Of a DNA stretch of 64,000 nt, positions 49,001 through 60,451 are shown piece by piece (position 1 is the first letter of the stretch; each line of letters starts with the position of its first letter). This DNA comes from Tubulanus polymorphus (lineage: Eukaryota; Animalia; Nemertea), in the NCBI RefSeq assembly GCF_964204645.1, contig NC_134030.1:6800778-6864777 (forward strand). Reading direction: 5' to 3'. The notes beneath the pieces were generated by a model. It was not told the DNA's origin, ran no database searches, and saw only the letters and a program-made list of their open reading frames with translations. The translations under genes were made by a program, and so were the position numbers.

Positions 49001-51538
49001 GAAGTAAACCGAACCGAAAACTATGGTGGCTGATAAGGGCCAAATGCATTACTTTTTACACGACCTCGATCATAGAAAAATGCAAAACGAAACCAATAGA
49101 GCAAAAACGAAAATTTCGTTTTTGCTAGGCCGCAAAAACGAAATATTATAGAGCAAAAACGAAAATATTCGTTTTTGCTCTATGATTTTTCGTTTTGGCT
49201 CCATAATATTCGTTTTTGCACCCTAGCAAAAACGAAAAGTTCGTTTTTGCTCTATTAGTTTCGTTTTGTATTTTTCTATAATCGAGGTCGTGTGAAAATT
49301 ATTGTATATGGCCCTTATCAGCCACCATAGAAAACATATTCATTCCTCAACAAAGGTTTTCCTTGACACAATATCATTTAGAAATGAAAATAGAATCTAC
49401 TTTGAAAATAAATGTTATGGAAAATACAAATGTATTTCAGACGCAACTTGTTGGATATTGGTGCAAAATTCTGGCCACTGCACTATATTGGATAAATTTG
49501 GAAATAGTTCAGACAACGAGATCATCGTGTTCTCTTGTCGGATATTAGGTGAACTACTTTACATGGAAGGTCAGTAGATTAGAATCCATAGAATGTGAAC
49601 AATTAGCAAAGTATTCCTATTACATATTACGATTTACCTTTTCAGAGCTGGCTTCGGATACAAAGCTGCGTATAATTGGACACTTGAAACAGAAATATCT
49701 CGACTACTCGCAATCAGAAGACATAACCAAAATAGTCTGCCAAGGACTGGAGAATGTAATTACAAGTACGCACGAATTTCAAATAGAATCGCGATAAACA
49801 TATCAAATGTAATTCAGGCAATGTGAAAATCATTATTCGTTTTTCTCTAATTCATTCGTATCAGACATTCTTGTTATGTTTGATATATATGTACCCGTTA
49901 TAATATATGTCATGTATCCGTCAGCTTTGAGTTGATTAAGTTATGATATTCTTTACAAGGTGGTAGCCGTGAATTGTTTGACACCGTAGATGGTCTAAAA
50001 GTGATTAGCGACGCAGTTGCGAGGTTTCCCGATTCGGAGGATATTCATCAGAGTGTTTTCAATATCTTGGTTGATCTAGAACCGACGAAACCAGACGGTA
50101 TTCTTCATTTTGATTAAAAACCATAAATTGACGTCGAAGAGCTATCGTTATCAGCATAAAGTGTTATCTTGTTACAGAGGCAATGTTTTTGTCAATGCGA
50201 GCTCTTCCACTCGTTCTTCACGTGATGAGTAATTTCAAGCACAATGTAAACCTTCAAATTGTTTGCTGCGGTGCGTTTGAGCAAATTCTCGGTAAAGTCG
50301 GTACGTTTTGCAGATCGATTTGTTGATAGTAACCATTGATATCCTTGTTGCGACTATAATGTATTGAGAATCCCACAATCAAAATGAAAAGATAATATTA
50401 CAATATTAAATCCGAAAATGTCTCCTTGAGCTAGTAGTTAATTCTATTATTTCAGTATTCCTGAAGATGACTATGAGAATATAGAAATTTTGAATAAACT
50501 ACTAGCTCAATTTTGAAAAAGCAATGGAAAAACATGTTTCCAACTGAAAGACCGTTTTTTTTCGCATTGTGCAGTATTAGAAACAAAAAGGACATTGATT
50601 GTTTTTCTCTTGTTTCGCGCAACAGAAAACATCAATTAGTTGCATATCTTCGTACGTGTGTGCACGCCCGGCTTCGGAAAAAATCGAACATTGCCAGCTC
50701 TAACATTTCAATTCCAGAGCGAATATCTGTCAGTGGATGGTTGATGAGAGACATCGCCGGTGCTATCTTAGAAACTTTGAAGATGCACTGCAAGGATGTG
50801 CGAATACAAGTCGTAGGACTGCTATCACTTAAATATACCACTCGATACCGTAAGTGACATTGAACATTCTTAAAATGTCACTGCTCTTTGCTCTCACAAC
50901 TGGATGAAATGATTTGTAATAGCGTAATGTCTTGAAATAGGTCCAGTTCTCGAGAAATATCACAATCAGATGCTGGTTACTGTTCTTGCCGCTATGGAAC
51001 GATTCCCAGAAAACGCAGACGTCCAAACGACTGCCCTTGACCTGCTTCAAGATGTTATAGATAAAGGTAATTATGCCTTGGAGACATGCTATTAGAATTA
51101 GATCCCTGAGTCCGAGTTCATTACCTCAGAAGATAAGTCGTCTCTCAGTATTTGTACTTGTAGTTAGGGATGACAGTACTACTAGGGTACAGTCTACCGA
51201 CTTAACTATACATAATTGTGCTCACTCAGACCTACGAGCAATCCGTAGCTCAGACTTAAATAAGCCGCGATCGAGCATTTTTGCCCGGAATTGAACAACA
51301 GAACTGTTTACCAAAAACGTCAGAACAGACCCAATTTCAGCCCGGGTCGAAGTATTGTGTGATTGCGGCTATTTGTACCGGGGTTGATTTTTTCTTCTAT
51401 TTTTCTTCAGGACAAATCGTCCTCGAAACACAAAAAGGAATCCATTCGCTGATACAAGACGCGCTGCGACGACACCGTAGCGACCAAGGCATCGTAAAGA
51501 CCGGTCAATCGTTGACGCGTCTGTTGTCACTCACGTGA
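43021..51538 (+). CDS. Armadillo/HEAT-type repeat protein, 19 exons, ~830 aa
   Basis: Exon 1 43021-43186, 17 internal exons of ~120-138 nt (e.g. 43463-43591, 44593-44721, 45473-45601, 46246-46374, 47727-47855, 48793-48924, 50941-51066), last exon 51411-51538; all introns phase 1. Each exon encodes a repeat such as GGLDTVLEAMKRFPGNETIQLQGTAIF or GVLTIIGAMDTFPEEPDIQFYGCQIF. Confidence 0.85.
43608..43799. mobile_element. CACTA/EnSpm-like MITE (TA TSD)
   Basis: TA|CACTGTAAAAAAA ... TTTTTTACAGTG|TA. Confidence 0.7.
45863..46121. mobile_element. MITE with AGCCGCGATCACAC TIRs (Harbinger-like)
   Basis: AGCCGCGATCACACG ... CGTGTGATCGCGGCT; related copies at ~51263-51370, ~52052-52376, ~41730-41972. 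Confidence 0.7.
46680..46805. mobile_element. MITE, TATGGTGGCTGATAAGGGCCA family, 6-bp TSD
   Basis: Flanked by GTTATG on both sides; internal TTCTGGCG tandem repeats. Confidence 0.8.
48265..48680 (+). mobile_element. Possible Helentron/HINE-like repeat
   Basis: GTCTGTGTGTGTGCGGTC microsatellite head, TTGATGAAACTTGG and TGACCTTGA blocks resembling invertebrate DINE/HINE-type repeats. Confidence 0.35.
49022..49329. mobile_element. MITE, TATGGTGGCTGATAAGGGCCA family, 6-bp TSD
   Basis: TIRs TATGGTGGCTGATAAGGGCCA / TGGCCCTTATCAGCCACCATA, flanked by GAAAAC on both sides; fully palindromic with GCAAAAACGAAA subrepeats. Confidence 0.88.
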
Positions 51539-52051
51539 CCTCAGTGTCGTTGTGCCTCAATGAATAATGTATATTTAAGGACAATTTCCTGATGACGATG
51601 AAGATTGGGAATTTGTAAATGATGAGGGAGCTAATTCAGAAAAGGCGCCTTGTAGACGAAGCAATCGAACCAGACAATTTTGGACGTGGCTGGACAAGGG
51701 AACGGGGCGTCTTTAAGCAATGCAGTTCTGATATTCAAGGGCCTTAAATATAGTGATTAGAATTATATACTTTACTGTATCAATAATAATGCATGCTCCA
51801 TCATCGCTTATGATTTCTCATTGTAATTGTGCATATTCCTCATATTATCCAAGGCCGTTGTTTATGTGCGCGTGCGTGTTGCGAAGGTTGAGATGTTACG
51901 GTGGTTATACTGGTTCTGTTTGGGATAGGTGATGGGTGTGACCATGGACATAAGTTTATACGTCCATGTGTGACTGATTGTCCGCGTGTCATTTGGCAAT
52001 CAATCCGTAAGATTTATGGTGGGCCAAGCTACATCTGAGCAACGCACCAAT

Positions 52052-52376
52052 AGCCGCGATCACGCGGAGACGATTTGGCCCGGGCCAATTTGGCGCGAAT
52101 CAAGCCCAGTTCAAATTTGGCCCGTGTCTAATACGAAAGCGCGTTCACACGGAAACCACTTTTCGATACTAAACAATGCTTAAACAAAGCGAAGTGAGTC
52201 ATTTTCGGAACCAGTTTCAATTCAAACGCAATAATTTGACCCTAAAATTTGTGCTAAAATTTCTGGTCCGACGTTTTTGCTCGTGCCAAACAGACACGGG
52301 CCCATTTGGCACCCATGTGAATAGTTGTTCCGGTCCAAATTTGGCACAGGCCAAAAAAGCTCGTGTGATCGCGGAG
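52052..52376. mobile_element. MITE with AGCCGCGATCAC TIRs
   Basis: AGCCGCGATCACGCGGAG ... CTCGTGTGATCGCGG; internal sequence homologous to the 45863 copy. Confidence 0.7.
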
Positions 52377-52678
52377 CTATAGATTGACTTCAGTCGGAAT
52401 TTTCCGAGTGCAGTTACCAATGAAAGGTTCTTCGGAAAAATTGTTTTTCATTTATTCATGTTTACCCGATTAATAAAACTAGTAGCCGTTTAGTCATCGT
52501 ATTGTGTTGTTATTATTTCCTTCGCATTTGATGTCACGGAAACTGTGCAGCTGAGTCTGATGTCGTCGCTGATTGGTAGTTATACGAACTGTCTCGTGTT
52601 TCCGCATTCGGGTGTCGCAGTCTCTCTCAGCAGGAAATGTTGTCATTCTTCGACTGATGACTGTAAGAAACTTAAACG

Positions 52679-55600
52679 ATGCAAACGATTCACGCAGCTG
52701 GAATTATTTTTATGGCTCCGTTGTTAGTGATATTTAATTTCATATTCGCAGTTTCGCTGGTAAGTGAAAGTTTTGTTTAACCGACAATAAGCGATACTTT
52801 TGAAATTCCGAAGATTATTTTTGGTGAACGTATATTTTATCGCATGCTCTTGGTTGTACTGGATTCATCTTTTAAAGAAACTCGATAAATACCGGTATAT
52901 CTATATAACGGCTGTTGCATTGTTTTAGGACGCAAATAAATACTCTACAATAATCATATATATACTTCGATAGTTCCACAACAACATCTAAAATCCTCTG
53001 CTCTTTGGGTCGTTGTTGATTAGCTTTTATAGATCGGGTGGACTAGGATGAGAAATACTCAGGCTCTTAGTCGCAAAATTTTCGGCTTAGCGGGGGCGTT
53101 GTCTTCGTATGGAATTTCAGACGGAGGTTGATTAAATTTTCAACGTGCGTCAATTTGCCGCCGCCAAAAAAAATCAATTAAAGTTCTAATTAAGGGGGTT
53201 CCGCTGCCACGATTCGACGTGTGGCGAATTGTTTTCTAATCAACAAAAACTCATTATCTCCCACTCACGACTTTACGCGTCAATTCTATTTATATCACCG
53301 GTAAACGTAAAATATTCGAATTAAATGTGAAAAGGGAGAGGCGTTATTTCAGCTATACTCACCAATCTCGTAAGAAGCAAGTTATTATTCTTTGACGCCG
53401 CAAAAGCCTTTAAAATAATGTTTATATACACTGATACCTAGTAGGCATTATTGGGGGTTCTGTGAGAGTCGATGTGCACTACGTCATCAATATAGGCGTT
53501 TCAAAATAACAAATATAAACTATGACTTTTGGCGATTGTTTTGTAGTTAGACATTTCATAACTCATATTTCATTTTGGATAAATTTCAATAATAATATTT
53601 GAGAGGATGTGCACTATGTCATCAATATATCGGGGCTAGACTGGTAGCCGGTCAATTCAATTGTCGATATACTCAAATCCAAATAACTTGATTGATGGTT
53701 ATCCTAGAGAATTTATTTTATGTTATTTATAGTCGACAATATAAAGCAATATATGTGTTATTTTTCAAGGTGTCAAAAAACTTTAAATTTAGTTTTCTTG
53801 TTATGTCCCTCAGTGAATAGTTTAGTCATGCGTTAGAGATTTTATTTTCATTTTTTTCGCATTCTGAAATGGTGGAAGCAAGCGAAATAAGGCCGCGCAT
53901 TCCTTTTACACAATATTTTCTTATCGTATTTTTGAAGCGTGAATCCCCGAAAGGCCAAACGTCATTTGCGAAATTAATCGCCGCCAAGCATTGCGTGGTA
54001 GTTTATATTCATCACGGATACAAACACCTGGTTATGTCAGCATTCTGAAATCATCGGTGAAATACCACACTTAGATACGTTAAACGTCTGTTATGTCATT
54101 ACAACAATCCTAGACCCACACTTAATTAACGATCGGTGATGCTCTAAGCGAAATATTAGCTGTTGCCTATGCTACTTCAAGGAGGAAAAACTACACCATA
54201 TTCACATCTCGGCAGCAATGAAAATCTATACGGTCCAGTTTTATCGACCGAGAAGAAAATCCACTCAAATCTGTCTTATAGAATTATGAATATTTTATGC
54301 TTATGCATTTATCGTGAAGTCGGTTTTTAAATTCAAATCTGTTCGCATTCGATGCAGATTGTATATGAATTAGACTTGCTTTTTGGTTTATTCGGGAATC
54401 ATTATGGACTCATGTCTTTGAACACAGACTTTGATTGACTTTGTCAATTAAAACGACCATGACAGGACATGCGCTTACGTAAATGTGTTTAATCTCCTGA
54501 CGGTTTCTATTACGTCAAGCTCCCGAAGAGAAAGATACACAGTAATATCCCATCATATGCCTTAATAAGGAACCAATAAATAACTTTAATTAGACTGTTC
54601 GACTGACGTCTATAGATTCTCAGAAGGGTGAGACCCAGTTGGGGCTCTAGATTAAAGGTTAACAATTTATCCTATCAATAAGATTAATAGTTATTCTTAT
54701 TTTGCCAATAAGTAAATTAGATTCCGGAGCCATCATCATATGATAACATATTCCAAACCCGACGTTGATCTTAACAGGAGTCAAAATGATAACCACGCAC
54801 GGCCAGTGAAGCAATCATTGGGAGCTCGTGCGACTTCAATTTCTAACTTCGCTTTTATAGAATCCATTTGTAGTTTAGCTGACCAGCGAGGTTTTCATTA
54901 ATGCTTATTCGTTAACGCATCTGGAATAGACGGAAATGATTATCGATATCATCGGTGAGAACTAAAATACCATGTAATCATCTCGGATTACCGCGCCGAT
55001 AAAATAAGAATACTAGTCTGCCCGCTTTAAGTTTAATAAATATCGGCCAAAATGGTTCAATAAGATTTTAGTTAGAGATGCGTATTGAATTATTCTTCAC
55101 CTATCCCGTCTTGTTGGCCGTTGGGGCTGACATCTTGAAATTTCTCTCTGTCTTCAGACATCCGTATCAAGGTGTTCCAATTCACGCCAGTCCATTCCAA
55201 TTTTTTTCTATATCTTCCTCTCCCTCTTTGTACGGTTCCCTGGTCTTGGCCAGTTCAGATGATCATTGAGTGTTAGATAGTTTTAATATACGTCGTAGGT
55301 TTTTCGATTCAATTTTTGAATTGCGCTTTTGATGTTGTACGGTGTCGAGTAACGTTGACACGTGGGGCGCGGTGCGTTGCGAGTCTTTGTAAAAAAAACC
55401 ACTATACAATTCATAATCTCATCTCGAGTGTAAACTTAACATTTGATATCTCATAAAGCCTTGTTTGCGCGCGCACGCGGAGCTATGATTGTGCTTATCT
55501 GATCGTTCCAGTGTCAAGCTAGTTCACTGGGTTCCTTTAAACCACACAGCATTCTCGAAAATATTAATAAGTTAGCAAACTTCATGAAAAAATCTATGAC

Positions 55601-58600
55601 AGACATGAATTTTATGAATAATGATTTGCCTTTCCTCAGGTGGATGCATTTCCGATTTCAAGCTACTCAGATTATAAAACATGGCCACTACCCGGAGGTA
55701 AGTATACTTTCATCTTGCCTTCGTCAGGATCTTCGTTAGAACGGACGATTGTTCATTCATCGCTTATTACGAAATTTCCGAAACTATGCAGCTTCGTTCT
55801 TTAGGTAATTCTATCGGTTTGTAGTCATGATATCACTAGCAACGTCGATTAACAAAATGAAAGATTCTAAATCATTAATCAGAAAATCCGTTGAATGGCG
55901 TATACGGATACTACTTTTTGTGAAGAGAAATTTTAGTCGCGATTCACCAGAAACGATAGCATCAGATGCTTTCATTTTCTACGAAGATAGAAAGAAAAAA
56001 CTTTTTATTGTTAGTTCCTTCGAAAGGGAATTTCTTGAATCACAAATGATGACTAATATGGTCTTAACGTGGGCGGCTTGGGGACATTAGTGATATTTCC
56101 AAGATTATAAACATGTATGAAGATCCTGATGAGTTATAAACAGCTTAGTTTGTGTAGCCTTAAGGTTATCTAATTGTTTTGTAGTCTGATGATAAAACAA
56201 TTAGACATGTCTATATGTCTATGATGATATCACAAGAATTATCTTTCTCTGAACATTTGTAATTTAGAAAGATCTAGGTAGATAAGATCATTTTATTGTC
56301 CACAGAAATATTTGCAAAAAACTGGTTCAATGGTTTAGTGCGTGATATCAATGTCAATGTTGTAAGTGACAAGAGATTTAACAGCCGCGGAAGCGAACAT
56401 CTTTTAAAGTTCAGTTCATCTACGTTAAGTTTCCGTCCAAAAGACGTAACAACATGACTTGTTCTGATTTATTAATTGGCTTATCTACTGTATAGAAATG
56501 AAGTTCATAATTGGTGTTTCATTTGTGTTCAGGTTCGTTTATCTACGAGGATGACAGCGGTTGTCGGTGTTACTCGCAGTACTGGACCAATGAACCATTA
56601 GCGAAATGTATCGTTGAATACGGCAGAAACCCTTGCGAATCGGCGCAGCTTGTTCCGTACAGACATGTTGCCAAGAGGGGACGCAGATACTGTAAGTACC
56701 CACCGCCAAGTGCGGTAGCTAATGCGATTTAGGTAAAGTGAACCCATATATTCTAGAAACGGGTATCCTTGTGATGCATGAAGTGGATGTCGCCCAAAAA
56801 TGCAGTAAAAATGTATCACAAAAAACTAAACTCTTGATAATCAACGAACATATATGAAATGAATCATGATGGTCAGTATCATTCGTTTCTATAGAAACTG
56901 AATTGATTTTATCTTTAAGTATTTCCCCACTTGTTTTTTTGAGTGATTGATTAATTTTTGATTTGATTTGAGTTTAGTTTAGTTACCTCACAAACCTACC
57001 ATCACCTGCCGGGAACAAAACAGGGGACATTTGAAATTGGAGACCGAAGTAGCAGAAATGTTGTATGATCGCCGCTCAAACTTACAGAATCTTTTGTTTT
57101 AATCGAAGTACAAGAAGCAAATTTTTGTTCCGGTTCATTATCATAATCTTTCAACCAGTCTGAACCGGCAAGCGGCTAACCCCAGAAATCCGATCTGCTA
57201 CCACGATGAGAGCTAAAGTAGCCATTAGCCATATTCGGTTTTCTAAATAATTAAGTTTATAGTGGATTGTCTGTCAGTGCTTACACCATTATCTCATTAG
57301 GGCCCCACTGTTTATTACATCGAGCACAACCTTTCCTTCAAGCGACGTTCATAAGAAGAAATATCAAAAGGTTCTCGCTAAAACTAGGCATCAGATGTGT
57401 ATGGTGGCTTATAAGGGCCATAGCGTAAAATTCCTGGTATGTAAATGAGGGCGCCAGAACGCCAGAACGCCAAAACGAAAAAAAACGTCCAATTTTCTCT
57501 AAAAGTTCGTTTTGGCGCGCCAAAACAACGAATATTCCGTTTTGGCGCCCCCGCCAAAACGAACTTTCGTTTTGGCGCCCCCGCCAAAACAACGAAAAAC
57601 GTCCAATTTTCTCTGAAAGTTCGTTTTGGCGCGCCAAAACAACGAATTTTCCGTTTTGGCGCCCCCGCCAAAACAACGAAAAACGTCCGATTTTCTCTGA
57701 AAGTTCGTTTTGGCGCGCCAAAACATCGAATTTTCCGTTTTGGCGCCCCTGCCAAAACGAACTTTAAACCACGTAAAATAATTCTATATATACGTTAAAT
57801 ATTTTCATATATGCAAATTTATGCAAATTACACACAAGATCAACGCGCCAAATTGAAAAACAATTTTACTGTGGTTGAATGCTTGTTTTGGCGGGGGCGC
57901 CAAAACGGAAATAACCGCGCCAAAAAGAAATTTTCTTTGGTTTTGGCGCGCCAAAACGAACTTTTAGAGAAATTTCGACGTTTTTCGTTGTTTTGGCGGG
58001 GGCGCCAAAATGAAAGTTCGTTTTGGTGGGGGCGCCAAAACGGAATATTCGTTGTTTTGGCGCGCCAAAACGAACTTTTAGAGAAAATTGGACGTTTTTC
58101 GTTGTTTTGGCGGGGGCGCCAAAACGGAATATTCTCCGTTTTGGCGCGCCAAAACGAACTTTTAGAGAAATTTCGACGTTTTTCGTTGTTTTGGCGGGGG
58201 CGCCAAAATGGAATTTTCTTTGTTTTGGCGCGCCAAAACGAACTTTCAGAGAAAATTGGACGTTTTTTTTCGTTTTGGCGTTCTGGCGCCCTCATTTACA
58301 CACCAGGAATTTTACGCTATGGCCCTTATCAGCCACCATAGATGTGAATAGTTGTACCAATAAAACATGGAAAAAATGTCACATTGGACGCTGCGATTCA
58401 ACTAGTAACGCAGTTTCTTTATCGGTGAAAAAGCTAAATGTCAGCGTGTTAGTTTGTTCATCACTTAAACAGCCTTTTTACCATGTTATTTAAATATATT
58501 CGATGCAACGCTTATTGATCAAAGTGACCAAGGTCAAAGAAAGCGTTCGTTCATTTCTTAAGTGACACTTACGAATAAGCTCTCAAGTCTCGTCGACAAG

Positions 58601-58927
58601 CATCAGAGTGCGCTCTACAAAAATTCTCTACAAAATACTCTGGTGATGGTTTCTATGTTATCATTCTTAGTAAACGTAGAATTGTTTCTTAGTTTTTCGT
58701 TCTTTTGAGATAATTTGTAGACGAATGTTTTATATGAGACTCATGTTTGTATTTATACAATTTTCATCAAAAATCTATTATCAAACAAATGAAAGTAAAT
58801 TAATGAACTTTTATTCACATTTTCAGCGATATTCAACGAGCCACTCGGCTGTGTTTGTTTGGATCAGTCGATGTTTAGTATTCCTATGAGAAGATGCTAC
58901 GACGAAAACGGAATGTTGTTGTGCTAG
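52679..58927 (+). CDS. Secreted cysteine-rich peptide precursor (132 aa) with two tandem 4-Cys modules
   Basis: Exons 52679-52759, 55640-55697, 56533-56691, 58827-58927, all three donors GTAAGT and all acceptors pyrimidine-rich CAG, join in phase: MQTIHAAGIIFMAPLLVIFNFIFAVSLVDA-FPISSYSDYKTWPLPGGSFIYEDDSGCRCYSQYWTNEPLAKCIVEYGRNPCESAQLVPYRHVA-KRGRR-YSIFNEPLGCVCLDQSMFSIPMRRCYDENGMLLC*. Confidence 0.8.
55070..55270 (-). mobile_element. Possible degenerate 3' end of a LINE (RTE-like)
   Basis: Minus-strand fragments LNWPRPG..., IGMDWRE..., EDREKF resemble C-terminal residues of RTE/L2 ORF2; broken frame. Confidence 0.3.
57086..57242 (-). pseudogene. Frameshifted exon of a small secreted peptide, nested antisense in intron 3 of the Cys-rich precursor gene
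   Basis: Acceptor TTATTTAG, signal-like NRIWLMATLALIVVADRISG, then after a 1-nt shift PLAGSDWLKDYDNEPEQKFASCTSIKTKDS, donor GTAAGT. Confidence 0.35.
57400..58340. mobile_element. ~940-bp foldback MITE, TATGGTGGC family, 6-bp TSD
   Basis: TIRs TATGGTGGCTTATAAGGGCCATAGCGTAAAATTCCTGG / CCAGGAATTTTACGCTATGGCCCTTATCAGCCACCATA, flanked by GATGTG; arms built of TTTTGGCGCGCCAAAA and TTTTGGCGCCCCCGCCAAAA arrays. Confidence 0.92.
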
Positions 58928-60451
58928 TGGTTAAAACGTATATAACCTTATAATCATTTTTGAACTATTTATTCAAATAGTATGCATACGAACATCGATC
59001 GTGAATCGTGAAAGTATTTTTTGAAATAACAAGTTGAACTGTCCTATTAATGTTGGTAATTATCAATTTGCTTGAGCTACGGGATAAAAGCTGCTAGATT
59101 ATTATGTTTCGATAAGTAGCTAGGGAATGATTTGATATACCATAGTCATCAAGATCTGATTAAGAAAAAGTATTCACCTTAGAAACTCTAGTAAAAGCGA
59201 TTGAAAAATGCTGAAATTGTTTACCGCTATCTTCTAAAACTATTGTTTATCCATATAAATTTGCCGATCAATTTTCATTTCGTGATTCTTTGAGTATCGT
59301 TTTTTATCTTGATATATTTACACCAATCAATTATATTTGTTTGCTTGTACATGTAATGAATTATCAGTTTTACATATATTGAACTATCGTCAAAATAAAA
59401 TCAACAATGTCAGTTATAGCTTTGTTTTGCACGAATGACGCGGAGATAGCGGTATGATGACTTGGTCTCTAGAAGGCTGGAAAGGTTTTTCCAGCTTATT
59501 TTCAGCCACTTCATTCCATACATCACACAGCCGTATTTTTCGGCGAAGTAAATAGTGTGATGAACCGCGGACAACGCCGTCGCATTATTTTAGTTTGCCT
59601 TAAATATACATTTGATAGAATTACCGAGTGTTGTATTTAACGACGCAGGATCTGGGAACAGCCAACCTTTTTACGTCATTGTGCCTTGGTGTCTGAAGTA
59701 TTGACATTTGTATTGCGGAATAATTGATAGATAGATTGTCCATTCACGTTAGTCTCCTAAACAAACCCCTGTCAGCCGATTAGCTATTCAAGTTCGTACG
59801 CCAGACGATTGCTGTGAGCGACATTAAACAATTTATCAGATGGAAAATGTCGTAGAAACTGCCAAGAATGATCAATTATTGTTTGTTTTCTTTTCTATGT
59901 CTAGATAATTCACTGTGTGCGCCCTAAAATCGCGCGTATAAGGAAAAATGAAATGAAATCCCAAAGCCATTAAGCAGTGAAAATACCCCTCAGCATGCAT
60001 GTAAAAAAATGATGATTCTTTTTTCCTTATGCGGAGGAGAGGCATTAAAAAGTTTAACAGTGACTTCTCGTATGATGTCTAAAGTATACTTTTACGGATG
60101 TTATAAGGATTATGATTATTCTAGTCACGACATCGGTAAACTTGACTGATAGAGGATAATAAGTGGATTAATTCCTCTTTTATTACTCCCGATCGCCCGA
60201 AACGCGTTACATCTGCAGGAATTAACATCAATTTATGTGCATTAACTTGCATCACAAATAGTCGACGGAAAACTTTTATGATTGAAGTCAACTTTCATAG
60301 AGTTTCATAGCCTGCGCAAGAACACCGATTATCTAACGCGTTTTATTAAGAGAAAGGATTACGTGTACATTTACCACTGAACACCGAATGATTAAGAAAC
60401 ATATGCAGCAAATGGCCCGGCCCAAAAAGTTTATTCAGTTAATAATATTAA

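Noticed and set aside
57338-58493. Repetitive ORFs (LFWRGRQN, FGAPKR) and a CRISPR-like look
   Set aside because: They derive from MITE subrepeats; no unique spacers, no cas genes, eukaryotic context.
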